Part shown: positions 25,801 through 38,842 of the stretch, one piece after another
Numbering within the stretch: the first letter of the stretch is position 1
How the letters are laid out: every line of letters begins with the position of its first letter
DNA from: Octopus vulgaris
Taxonomy: Eukaryota
Reading direction: 5' to 3'
DNA: 64,000 bases
NCBI GenBank assembly: GCA_951406725.2
Contig: OX597818.1
Span: 111,414,001 to 111,478,000, forward strand
Made by a program: the position numbers and the translations under genes
The notes under the pieces: model-generated
What the model was told of the DNA's origin: nothing
What the model saw: only the letters and a program-made list of their open reading frames with translations
Database searches by the model: none

Positions 25801-28242
25801 GATATAAATGTGTGTATATATATATATATATACACAAATTTATTGTATTATACATGCCAAGTGCGCAATACTTTTACCATGTTTGGGAATTTTCATCCAG
25901 TTATAGACATTAATTTTGTTTTATAGCTGTATGTCTTTTAAAGTTTCTTAATTCCTGTCCACTTTCAGCAACAGAAATATCTTTAGGTTCATAATTATCA
26001 TTTACCCCACACAGAGAAAGCCACTCTGACATGAGACTGCGATTTTGAAATCTTGTTTTATGAGACGAACGGGATTATGACTTAGTAAGTGATAAATGTC
26101 TTTTGAGATGCCATTACACTGCCTAATTGCTGTTTCTCGAAACATACTACTGTCTATTCTTATTTGTAGAATGTCAAAGTCACTACACAAGTCTATTTGT
26201 TTTGTCGATTACTGATTTGTTGATGGATAGATGTTTTAATTGTCTTATTATTTTACATTGAACATCTAAGTCGGTGCAATGCCTTAATTTTTTAATTTCT
26301 TTTTCTATACAACATTACTCTATGTTGTTAATTTATACATTATGTCATGGTAAATGCCAAGCTTGTTTGGCGCTATTTCCTGGTTTGTTTCTATCTTAAA
26401 GAATTGTTATAGCTTCGCATTGTCCAGTTCCAAAGTAGCACAAGATTTATTATTTAAGGACTGAAACTTTGGCACACATGTATATGGGGAGGAATAGATT
26501 CACTAAATCATTGTGTCTTCAAGTAGGTTAAATAAGTTCCATTGGTGACCATTCCATATTTCGAAAAATCTTCATTGTATGACTTCACTGACCGTTGTCT
26601 TCTTCCTTCATTAAGCTACTTGTCTACGTCATTTGCTGGAGATTTCGCTGCTATTTCCATCTAGTCAGCCGAGAGGGAAAGCACTTTCTCGTTGACTCCC
26701 TTTAGGAACAGTAGAACGTCTGACAAAAACTCCTACTGGAACTCCGAACATGACCTCTATCTCTCAACAACGAATGACGACTACGGCTTACTATCCCAGT
26801 GGGGCATTTGTCATATTCTGAAGCTGTGCATTTGGGCTTCAGACAGAAGTATTACTTTGACTGTTGGAGCATTCATGAAGGCCAGCATTCGTGAGGGGCG
26901 TTGTGAATTCGTTGGTCGGAGCCGGCTCAACCCATCCCGGGTGAATGCAGCCGCAAGTACAAATAACTACAAGTACACGACTAAATGCTGTCTTTAGCCT
27001 CAGGAATGTCCTTTGTTCATTTGCTGTGTCAGCTGATTTTACTTTAGGTTCTTCTGTGACTGATAAACAATTACCGTAATGAGGTCCGACGCTAAGTTTC
27101 TGTCATTCTTTCGGGACAGATAAATAAACTACCAATATTCTCATGCTCTGCGTCGTTAAGTCCAATTCTCTCTTTTATCGCCGGGAATTTGCTACATTCT
27201 TGTAGCAGAAATCCGCTACGTTCTTGTAGCAGAAACGTGCACTGTTGAACCCGGGTACTCATGATAGGCCTCTAATGTCGAGGGAGAAACGTATCGATTG
27301 AAGCAAACTTCTTGACTGCATTGATTTAAAAATCATTAGAATCTACACTAAAGTACGGGGGTCGAATTTAATTTCCGGTCTCATCACAAAATGTATGGCT
27401 TTGTATCAGCAGAAAGTCGTAGTCAAGTTAGTGGCTAGGATATCTTAATTCATGATTCGCATTGGTTATATTGACTTCCTAATGAAAAACCTGCCAGTTT
27501 GGTCTTGGTCATTTATGTGGAATCAATGAATGAAATAAGTATCATGCATTGACATTCTAGAATTATTTGTTGTTAAACAGAATCGCTTTTGCTTCAAATA
27601 CAAATCTCTGACGTCTTGGAGATATCTTTGCTTATATTTGCTCTCAACGTCCGGTACGAAAGAAGTACGGAAGTTTAAAACACCTCGAAGAACAATTACT
27701 GTTGTGTAACTTTATGAAATCTAAAGGACCAAAGAGAACACATTTTATAAGAGAATTTTAAATGAGAATGCATCCGAAAAAAATAAACATGTGAAGAAGC
27801 ATCCGTGCAGCTGCTTGACCTGCTAAAAATAACAAATTAAAATTATATTTGAACGTCGTAAAAATAGTTAGGGTACTCATTAAATATGCAAAAAAAAAAA
27901 CAGAATTGGAAAAGGTTAAAAAGAGTGGAATGTCGTTTAGTCATTGGCCAGTGACAAAATCAGGATGATTTAGATTAGAATTTTACTTACTTTGTGAAAG
28001 AATCATTTTCCGAATTATCACATTTCCGAAATTGGTTTTGCATTGCATAAAGTTGTGTATTGGGGTTGTAGGACCTGGATTTGAAGATGAGAAAGTAAAA
28101 AGCGTTTCATTTATGTATACTAAGAATAGAGTGAATGAATGACAAAAGTAATACATGCATACATAATCATTTCTTTTATCTTTTATCCATTGAGGAAGAC
28201 GGTAAGAAACTTGTTGGTAGGAAAAAAGGGTGCGTCTAAGAA

Positions 28243-28277
<35 letters not shown>

Positions 28278-28561
28278 ATGTGTGTGTGTGTGTGTGTGTG
28301 AGAGAGTGGGTGTGTGGGTACATATACATATTAGTGTTTTTACAAGATGGCAACCTTTTCTCTGAGATGCAGATTTAGAAGCAAAAAAAAGTAATTTAGA
28401 TTTTTTATCTCCCACTTCATATCAAGCGAGTCCATGTATGTGTGTGCGTGTGTGTGTGTGTGTGTGTGCGTGAGTATGTGTGTGTGTATGGGTATGGTGT
28501 AGTGTGTGTGTCAATACGTGTGTGTGAGTATGGCGTAGTGGCGTGTGAGTATGTGTGTGTG

Positions 28562-28638
28562 TGAGCATCCCATCGTAGTGAGTATGGCTACTAACCCCAA
28601 GATTCTGAGTTCGATTTCAGGCAGTGACCTGTATAATG

Positions 28639-28701
<63 letters not shown>

Positions 28702-28803
28702 TCGAAAAAAACCCTTAGGAATGAGAACCCAGGTTCAAAATTCCCCCAAGACAACAAAGAAGATGAGGACAAATATCCATCAAATGTAAATAATATAAAT
28801 AAT
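28562..28803 (+). mobile_element. tRNA-headed element with internal (AAT)n and a tail shared with the hammerhead hairpin at 56387
   Basis: B-box-like GAGTTCGATTTC at ~28606; (AAT)n 28634-28699; tail AAGATGAGGACAAATATCCATCAAATGTAAATAAT matches ~56524-56558. Confidence 0.6.
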
Positions 28804-29157
28804 GTGTGTGTGTGTGTGCGTATGTGTAAGAAAAATATAATTACTAACAAAGAAGTATGCTATTAAAATAAACTATCATTTACCTCCTTTTGTATAAACC
28901 ACTGTCATCCAAATGAAATTCCTTATACACATGGATACATGCAGACAAAAACACACGCATACACACACACACTCAGCGTGAGAGATATATTTTTGTAGGG
29001 AGTGACAGTGTGATAAAAACGTATAGAGATGGGGAAAGTTTACCATGAAAAAAGCGAAAAATGAAAGCGAGAGAGAGAGAGAGAGAGAGCGAAAGAGATA
29101 GATAGATAGATATATATATATAGAGAGATAGAGATATATATATAGAGAGAGATAGAG

Positions 29158-29191
<34 letters not shown>

Positions 29192-30434
29192 ACAGAGAGA
29201 GAGAGGGAGAGAGAGAGAGAGAGCTTTTCTGTTGCTGTCACAGATTTTGAAATTTTAGAATTAAGTGAAAATTTTTTAATTTGGTATGTTGGTGTACATT
29301 TCCACGCTGAATCCGAGTTTGCGATTCATTTATTCCAGAAAAAAATTAGAGAAATTTAAGAGAGCTTTAAAGTTTGATCATTTTTTCCCAATCAGAAAAT
29401 AGGATTTATGCGTAATAGTTGTCATAGAATGAAAATAAACGTTAGAATGGGAGCAATGTGTGAGAGTGAATACTTATGCAAAGAGAGTGTCAAAGAGTAT
29501 GGTAAATATATAGAAAGATATACATCAGTGGTGAAATATAGAGAAGAAATGCTGTCGATCTGAAAGTGAAGTTATTTCTCGTAGAAAATTATGCTTTTTT
29601 TAATATTATTTATGGACAACCTTTTCTCTGAGATGCAGATTTCGAAAATCAAATGTGTTTTTTCGAGTATGTACCGTTTCAGAGCCTTTCTGGGCTAAAT
29701 TAACTCACATAACCAAATACGATCGCATTTATATAGCAGATGAGCACACACATACATATCTACTGGAAATATACAGAGAGAGATGCTTACTTATAAAAAC
29801 AGTAATATGTACATGTACACACACTCACACACACACACACACACGCACACACACACACACACGCACCCCCACACACACAAACGTTCTTAGACGCACCCTT
29901 ACACATACAGAAAAACATATAGTCGGTGAGGCTTATATGTACGCATATACTGAGAGATATTTAATGAGGATTAAAAACTCAAGATGGCAATTTCCTGTAG
30001 CTCTACTTCTGAAAATGTTTGGAATATAATGAGAAACTATTGAGAAACGATTGCGTATGAAATAAGCGTTATTATTTGAGGAAGACGGTAAGAAACTTGT
30101 TGATAGGAAGTGAGGAGGTGACAGATGGGGGTGGGGGTGGATTTCACTATGGAGTAGCACTTAGGGAAGTGTAAAAAAGGATATCTCATACGTACACACA
30201 CATGCACACTCACACACACACACGCACACACATAGCGTAGAAGTAGAAGGATTTGGAACCCAAACAGGTACCTTATTATAACACTCTGATATAATCCAGA
30301 TCTGACAAACCACATTGAACGATAGGGAACATTAGGACATATACGAAACAGAAACACGTGTCGGATTAGAATTTAATGTGTGTAATACTGTAATAAACAA
30401 ATTTTCAAGATGTAATATCTTCTACTCATCTTTT

Positions 30435-30485
<51 letters not shown>

Positions 30486-30512
30486 ATATATATGTGTGTG
30501 TGTGTGTGTGCA

Positions 30513-30552
<40 letters not shown>

Positions 30553-30864
30553 TGCATAAATATATATATATTTGCATATATATATGTATATATATATATG
30601 TATATATATATGCATGCACAAATATACTTACATATATATATATAAATATTATATTAAATTAGAGATAAAACCACTATTAGGCAAATCAAAGTGAAAATCA
30701 TAAGCCAATACATAGAAATAAAATAAAAAAAAAAAAATATAAAATATAAAATCCTAAATTAAAATATTTAAATTAAAGTTAAAATTTTAAAAATTATTTA
30801 AATTAATAATTTAAACTTATAAATTTTAAATATATATATATATATTTATTTATTATTATTATTA

Positions 30865-30920
<56 letters not shown>

Positions 30921-31154
30921 TTTTATTTAAAAAATTTTTTTATTTTTTTAAAATTATATAACTATCAAAAAGTATTAAAAGTTTAATATAAGATAAAGAG
31001 AAAAAACACTACGATCGTTTCATGCCCGTAACCAATTTTGATTTTATTCCCCTTATTTTGAAAATGTGTGTATAATACTGCACCCATTTTCTTTGCCTCA
31101 TTTCAAGTACATAATTAATCTGAATCCCAATTATTTTGCTTAACTCGTCAACCA

Positions 31155-31218
<64 letters not shown>

Positions 31219-31313
31219 GTGTCTAGACACATATATATATATATATTGTGTCTAGGAGGGTAACTTTCTAGGTGCAATCCCATGGTCATTCATGACCGAA
31301 GGGGGTCTTTACC

Positions 31314-31380
<67 letters not shown>

Positions 31381-32147
31381 TTATATGTGTGTGTGTGTAT
31401 ATGTATATAAATGTTGTGTATACATACACACACACACATATTGGCAATAAACGCTCGGCAAAACTATATTTGAAGTAAGTGTGTTAAGAGTTATTACCTT
31501 TTTAAAATAGAATCTTAAAAAAAACAGAATTATACGACTCTCTTGGAATGAGGTTTTTTTCGCATTGTATGGCAGTGTTTTCGTTGATCAATTCTTGGAA
31601 CACTCGTGTTATGGCGTAATCCATAGAGAGGAAATTGTTTGTAGTAAGCTTGTTTAATTTAGGATTTAGGATTATTATGAAGTATTCTTCTAAGAGTAGT
31701 GTAATGAATAATTAATCAGAAAAAACCATTGTGTTAAAATGTGTCATTTCTGAATATCGAGGTTTTATGAAATACAGATTATTACCTAAGGCCTATTTAG
31801 TCTGTTAAAGGTTGTGGAATAGCTTTTGCAGTCGAAATTGTCTCTGTACGTATGTAAAATTGGCAGTTAAGAATTGAGTGATCGGAAATAGAAAGAAATA
31901 GACCCATTAACTCCATCCAAGCAACAGCATTTCCTGCCTGAAAGTTGAATATCGTTGCAAATATTTCTCCCTATAAAAATATTGTATAATTTGTAACAAA
32001 AAACCCCCCTTACAAATGTTTCTTATTCTAGTACGCTTAAGCTTTCGATTCTTTACATAACATGAACCGATTCCTTATCAAACGAACGCTTACAAACGTT
32101 CATCTGAACTTATAGAACGTACGTTCCCTTAAGGGGATTATTTTCTA

Positions 32148-32350
32148 TCATCATCATCATCATCATCATCCGGGTTTTGTCTCCGTTAATGAAGGTGGCC
32201 AGATCTACCTCAATGCCATAGCAACCGAGGTAGGCAGGTGCAGCCCACCCCAACATTTGGGATGGCTAGTGTCCATTCTCCTTTGCTATCAAGAGGCTTT
32301 TTTGGAGCTGGATTTTCTACAGGGAGTATGCCCTTGTTTACCCCCAACCT
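32148..32350 (-). mobile_element. Probable SINE/LINE 3' end with (GAT)n tail
   Basis: (ATC)n run followed by a GC-richer body ending GGATTTTCTACAGG...ATGCCCTT...CCAACC; family not assigned. Confidence 0.4.
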
Positions 32351-33089
32351 CAGTTTCTAGACATGAGTGGTCCCGAGACTAAGGCCTCTACCATGATTTT
32401 TAAGAAATGTAATCGAAAACTAGCCCAGGAAAGTAGGGATGCTACTCCCTAAGACCCATTTCGAAGCCCCCACTAACTATGGGATTATTTACCACAATAC
32501 AAAACAAATATTGTTTCTAAAACCTACATCACCTTGCAAGTCCTTTATATCGTGTTACACTCAATATTATTTGCTATTTTCGCAGTCAACTTATAAGCAA
32601 CACTGATCCAAGGTGTACACATTTATCTAGAGTCCTCATAATAATAATTTGCACACTGCCATCAAACAGATGTTATAAAGGTTTCGAAAATCGTAGAATC
32701 ATTCCAAAATAGCCTGCAACCAATTAAATAAATAATGGCGAAGATTTCCATTTTCTAAACAAAGGTGTATTTGCTGTGACAGTCATGATTAAACCAAACG
32801 ATGTCCGGGTGGCACTTTGAAGAATTTTTAGTCGAATCAATCGACACCAATACCTTTATTTGTTTTTTTTAAAGCCTGGTAATTATTCTATCGGTCAATT
32901 TTACCGAACCGCTAGGCTACGGGGACATAAAGACACCAATACTAGTTGTTAAGTGGTGGTGGGGGACAAACACAGACACAAATACTTAAAATTCGCGCCC
33001 ACACAAACACAAACATATATATATGTTTATATATCTATATATATACATACATATATATACATATGTATATATATACATATATTAGTTAA

Positions 33090-33320
33090 TATATTAGTTA
33101 ATCCAAACAAGAAAACACAAAAAAACACAACAACGCGAGGACGTAGAACAAATATAGTATTATTGGACGCTCAGGAAAGAAGGGAAGAATGAGGGTTTAA
33201 CGTTTCGAGCGGAGCTCTTCGTCGGAAAAATAGGAGAAGAAAAGATCCAGAGAAGGGAAGACAGAGGAAAAAAAATCGTCAACGGTACACACGAGGTCAC
33301 ATTTTGAAAGACCGGAAGGA
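33090..33320 (-). mobile_element. PLE-like pLTR fragment (7159 family), hammerhead at 33195-33229 with core change CCGACGA
   Basis: Colinear with 7159-7356. Confidence 0.6.
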
Positions 33321-33590
33321 GAAAGTGTGAAGAAAGATGTTTTCAAAGACAGAAGAGTAGTATGGTCAAATACAGCGGAATGTTAGGAGGGGGAATGTGT
33401 GTAAGTATGGATGTGTGCGTGCGCGGAGGTCTGCGTGTGCGCGTGTGTGTGTATGTGTGTGTGGTTGTAGCTGTAAACAACAGGCTAGTAGTAAGCTGGC
33501 TAGTTGGTAAGAATAAGGAGTGGTGTTTTTGTCCCTGCCACAGGTCAGTACATTGAAGTATGTGTGTGTGTGCGTGTATGTATATGTATC

Positions 33591-33624
<34 letters not shown>

Positions 33625-33651
33625 GTATATACATACATATATATATGTATA

Positions 33652-33744
<93 letters not shown>

Positions 33745-33800
33745 TACGGAGAAGTACTCGCATAGCAAGTAATTTGATCTGAGATCGTGTGCTGAAACGA

Positions 33801-34082
33801 AAACAATTGCAGCGTGGAAGGTGTTTATAAGCCATTTAAGAAACACACAAAAGCCGTTCGATTCAATTCAACATTTAAGTTTAATTTGTCAAAATATTTT
33901 CGTCGCTAAAATCCGCGACCTGTTCACTGACAAAAATCAGCACGGAATTTTGTCAGTAAACAGGTCGCGGATTTTAGCGACGAAAATATTTTGACAAATT
34001 AAACTTAAATGTTGAAGTGAATCGAACGGCTTTTGTGTGTTTCTTAAATGGCTTATAAACACCTTCCACGCTGCAATTGTTT
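33801..34082. repeat. Near-perfect inverted repeat (~135-bp arms); each arm has hammerhead architecture with a G3-C8 core
   Basis: TTGTCA-GTGAACA (GTAAACA in the + arm)-G-GTCGC ggatttta GCGAC-GAAA-ATAT-TT-TGACAA; + arm motif 33950-33997. Confidence 0.8.
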
Positions 34083-34123
34083 ATATATATATATATATAT
34101 ATATTTATTTATTTATATATAAA

Positions 34124-34530
34124 TGAGTGGCTGTGTGGTAAGAAGCTTGCTTCCCAACCACATGGTTCCGGGTTCAGTCCCACTGCGTGGCACCTTGGGC
34201 AAGTTTCTTCTGCTATAGCCTCGGGCCGACCAATGCCTTGTGAGTGGATTTGGTAGACGGAAACTGAAAGAAGCCTGTCGTATATATGTATATTTATATG
34301 TATGTGTGTATATGTGTTTGTGTATCTGTGTTTGTCCCCCTAGCATTGCTTGACAACCGATGCTGGTGTGTTTATGTCCTCGTTACTTAGCGGTTCGGCA
34401 AAAGAGACCGATAGAATAAGCACTGGGCTTACAAAAGAATAAGTCTCAGGGTCGAGTTGCTCGATTAAAGGCGATGCTCCAGCATGGCCGCAGTCAAATG
34501 ACTGAAACAAGTAAAAGAGAAAAAGAGAGT
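34124..34530 (+). mobile_element. SINE family C, full length
   Basis: Reverse complement of 22468-22872. Confidence 0.85.
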
Positions 34531-35027
34531 ATATATATATATATATATACACGACGGACTTCCGCACTGTTTCCATCTTCCAAGTGGCTCGAGGCTATAC
34601 TAGCTTCCACTGTAGTAAAAGATAATTGTCTAAGGTATAACGTATTGGAATTGAACCTGGAACCACGATGTTGCGAGGCACGCTTCTTACCACAAACTCA
34701 CACTTGCCAGCAACTGGTTTATTATTTCATGTTTCTTACAATATTTTACCCTTTCAATTGACCTATATGATCCCCTTTCTCTCTTTCTAAGAACCCTTCC
34801 GTTCTTTCCGATATTTCTCTCGCAATCTTTCCCAGATTCTAACATTTTATTATATACACGACATTTAAAAAAAAAAACTTCTCCATTACCATTCTCAAGA
34901 TCCAAAAAGATGAAACAGAAAAATCGATATCCTGAAATTTTTCAGCTGCACTAATTATCTCTGTTACTCTGTCACTCCTAAATCTTACTTCAGTATAATA
35001 ACAACATTACACACACATAGACATTTA

Positions 35028-35068
<41 letters not shown>

Positions 35069-35858
35069 ATGTCTGTCTACTATCTATCCACAGATAGACA
35101 GATTTAGAGATAGAGAGAGAGAAATAGAGAGATAGGCATACATAAATATAGGGATGAATTGAGAGGGAGTGAATGACACATTTTTTTAAGGCTATCAAGA
35201 ATCCTTAGATTTTAATTACTATCCAGATACCCTTGTGACACACTAGACACCGCGGGACACTGTGGAACCGGGAATCGATGTTCATTACAGCCTCGACTGC
35301 AGCTGATCGTCGGATGGGGATCAACGTTTGTAAGCAACATGGTGACTCGTTGGTTAGTGGACATTGCCGAAAGGAAGTATCAAGGTTTGACGATTTTTCT
35401 TTACTTTCTGTTCAATTATTTCTACATATTTTCTATTGCTTATCATCGCTATTTCTATTTTGTTAAACACTTCTGTAAAATTGTATCGGTGCTAGTTGAA
35501 CATTAGGCGTAAGGATCTTTTATCTCTAGTACGGTCAAAGACGTCTCCATCTCAATTCTAAATTTATTTATTGGTTTTATTCACAATATTTGATTTCCCC
35601 CACATATTGTGCGCATTAATTTTCAACCAAGCTAAGTGAAGATATCCTCTCTTGGTAATTTAGACATGTACTTTACACATACACACACACACATATATAT
35701 ATATATTTATATTTGTATATATATATTTATAAAAATATTTATATTTGTATATATATATTTATATTTGTATATATATATTTATAAAAAGATCTCTTCGTAC
35801 AAATCTAACCCTGATGGACTGACCACATACGATACAGCTAAGGGTCAGACCCGATTCT

Positions 35859-36240
35859 GATTGGTCAACACGTTGATGACGTCTAATTCTGCTAGACTGG
35901 ACAGGATACAGACAAGGGGCAGAGATTAGTCAGAATATTGATGACGTCCTTTTCTGCTTGACTAGTCACCTAACAGGTACAGACAAGGGGCAGATCTAAT
36001 ACAGCTATAAGTCGTGATTGGTCAGAATTTTGATGACGTCCCGTTCTGCTTAACTAAGCCACCTAACGAAACGATTGTTCAAAACAGGATACAGACAAGA
36101 GGCAGTTATAATACAGCGATAGGTCACGATTGGTCAGAATGTTGATGACGTCCCGTTCTGCTTGACTAAGCCACCTAACGAAACGATTGGTCAAAACGTT
36201 GATGACGTCACGTTACGCTGGACTGACCAGTGTTATAAAA
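35859..36240 (+). promoter_or_regulatory. Array of reverse-CCAAT plus CRE-like modules ending in a TATA box; probable element-borne Pol II promoter
   Basis: GATTGGTCA-N6-TGATGACGTC units at 35859, 35924 (GATTAGTCA), 36016, 36128, 36185; TATAAAA at 36234-36240. Confidence 0.5.
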
Positions 36241-36552
36241 CCTGAACAATTCACAAGATTCGCCAGAATCATCCAGCGAACACCACAGTTGCTCAAGGTA
36301 AAAATGAATTCCTCTCTCTTTCAGGAACATCAGTTTTTTGTATTGACTACATATCGCCGCTTTGATCTGTTTTTTGTATTGGATGCATGTCGCCACCGTG
36401 AACCGCTGCATCATGCACTTTAAACATATAGCATGAACGAACTCACTTCAAACTATATATATGAACTTTATGATGTCTGACACCGTTGTGTATTATAAAT
36501 GAATTTCTTGTGATTGATAGCATGAACTATCTTTTTTTATATATAACTTTTT

Positions 36553-36590
36553 TTGATAAGGTTCATTTCAGGAACTGAAACATGTTATAA
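36553..36590 (+). ncRNA. Hammerhead-like motif, U3-A8 core, stem I poorly paired
   Basis: TTGATAA-GGTTC atttcag GAACT-GAAA-CATG-TT. Confidence 0.45.
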
Positions 36591-36648
36591 TGTATATATA
36601 AAAATTAAAAATTGTATAATATAGCAGCATTTTCGAACTTCATTTTTT

Positions 36649-36701
<53 letters not shown>

Positions 36702-36767
36702 TGTACTTTCAATAGTATTTCCGAAGAACAGAATATGAATAAGTAACAAAGATGTACAGGTATTAAT

Positions 36768-36852
36768 TCATTACGGCCGTTTCAAGAAGTTTCATTTAAT
36801 TCATTAATGAGAACGTTGTATCAATTTGGAAGAAACCGTTCTCTTCAGATGA
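36768..36852 (-). ncRNA. Type I hammerhead motif with long irregular stem II
   Basis: Minus strand TCAT-CTGAAGA-GAACG...-GAAA-CGGCCG-TA-ATGA; stem I pairs, stem III palindromic. Confidence 0.6.
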
Positions 36853-37164
36853 CGGCAAAGGTATCAAACATGAATGGTAAACCATTTTCTAAACAAATTT
36901 ACATCAATAATGGAAACCAAACTATTTACATTGTTTCCTATTGTTATAACTATGTGTATGTGCATGTATGTATGTATGTATGTATGTATGTATGTATGTA
37001 TGTATGTATATATATATATGTACATGTATATATATATGTGTGTGTGTGCATGTATGTATAAGCAATACAAAATGCTTCAGGTTAACCACAATACTCTCCT
37101 ATATGTAGTATGTATGTATGTATATATGTATGTATCTATCTATCTGTATGTGTGTGCGTGTGTA

Positions 37165-37483
37165 AAGGCGCGGGATTTAGTCGTTAGAGAATTCGGTTCA
37201 CGATCGTAAGGTGGTAAGTTCAATTTCCGGCGACGCGTGTCCTTAGGCAAGACACTTTATTTCACGTTGTTCCAGTCCACTCAGCTGGCAAAAACGAGTA
37301 GTACCTGTATTTGAAAGGACCGGGCTTGTTACACATTGTGCCACGCCGAAATTCCTTGAGGACTACGTTAAGGGTGCACGTGTCTGTGGAGTACTCAGCC
37401 ACTTGCACGTTAATTTCATAAGCAAGCTGTTCCGTTGATCGGATCAGCAGGGACCCTCGTCGTCGGAACCGTCTGAGTGCTCC
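37165..37483 (+). mobile_element. tRNA-derived SINE family E
   Basis: tRNA-like head, GTGTCCTTAGGCAAGACACTTTATTTCACG core, body matching 42557 and 62152. Confidence 0.8.
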
Positions 37484-37484
37484 A

Positions 37485-37531
<47 letters not shown>

Positions 37532-37603
37532 TTATACTGAAACTAGGTAAATAGATTCTTCGAACAGGGACAGTTAGTAACGACACCTGCTGGGTCTGAC
37601 TAC

Positions 37604-37646
37604 GCTGCATTGATAAAGGGCAAATACCCTGAAACATGTCTGCAGC
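37604..37646 (+). ncRNA. Minimal type I hammerhead, U3-A8 core, same family as 936-978
   Basis: GCTGCA-TTGATAA-AGGG caaata CCCT-GAAA-CATG-TC-TGCAGC; compensatory changes in all three stems versus 936-978. Confidence 0.85.
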
Positions 37647-37874
37647 TGTCTGACTGGCAGGATGAAGCGGCTGACCTCCCTGTTCGAAGGTTTATAATGG
37701 ACGCAGGTTGTGTGTCAAATAGCTAGCTTGAGGCGGTGGCCTCTTGGAGCTAATCAGCGACAGCTTTAGTCTTATTTTTATAAGACTGCCATATAAGTAT
37801 GGCGATAACTATTAATTTCCAGTAATGCTGCCGTAATCTCCTTTAGAGAGACTTAGTAATTTTAATATTTCTAT

Positions 37875-37906
<32 letters not shown>

Positions 37907-37980
37907 CACATGCTCCATATATATATAAGTTCAGCAAAATTTCGATTCAAATGAATATGGTGCTTAAGTTGTGTATTTTG

Positions 37981-38096
<116 letters not shown>

Positions 38097-38771
38097 TATA
38101 CACACACATATATATATATATGTATCTGTTTATGTAAACACACGAATAAACACATAAATGCAAAACAAGATGGGAAAAATAGTACTCGAATAGCAAAGGT
38201 AGAGCAATATGATTTTTTATTAAAACAACAAAAACCTCACAAAACTCTTTTGTGATGTGTTGCAGTTTGAATAAAAACATGCATTTGTGTATATATAAAT
38301 TGTCTCAACGTTTCAAGGAGTTTTGTTAAGTGAGGGTATTTAAAGGTCTTCGTAAAAAATAATTTGGTACAGTAAAATAATTTGTTGTATTGATTTTACA
38401 TAAATTAATATTTTTAACATCTTTTATGAGTTTTGCAATGTCAAGAAGGCGTCTTCCAGAATTTGGTTGCTTATATGTGCAGACGCACACGCGCACACAC
38501 ATTAACACAGAAAACATACACACAAAGATATATATATATATATTTATACATATGTACAAACATATACATGCATATAACTATATGGATATAAAAGTATATA
38601 CATATAAATTTTCTCACATATATACATAGACACAAATGCATGGATATATATATATATATATATATAATTCACGCGCGCACACGCACACACATACATATAT
38701 CGTATTGTAATACATATTGGTATTCATTTTCATTACACACACACACACACACACACATATATATGCATGGA

Positions 38772-38840
<69 letters not shown>

Positions 38841-38842
<2 letters not shown>

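Noticed and set aside
31005-31035. Minus-strand GAAA-CGATCG-TA half motif
   Set aside because: Plausible 3' half of a PLE hammerhead but the core-bearing half is missing.
35859-36210. CRISPR-like repeat/spacer array
   Set aside because: Eukaryotic context, spacers are mutually similar and variable in length, no cas genes; degenerate tandem duplication.
38305-38336. Minus-strand TTAACAA...GAAACGTTGAG motif
   Set aside because: G5 absent and stem II only 2 bp; could be chance in AT-rich DNA.
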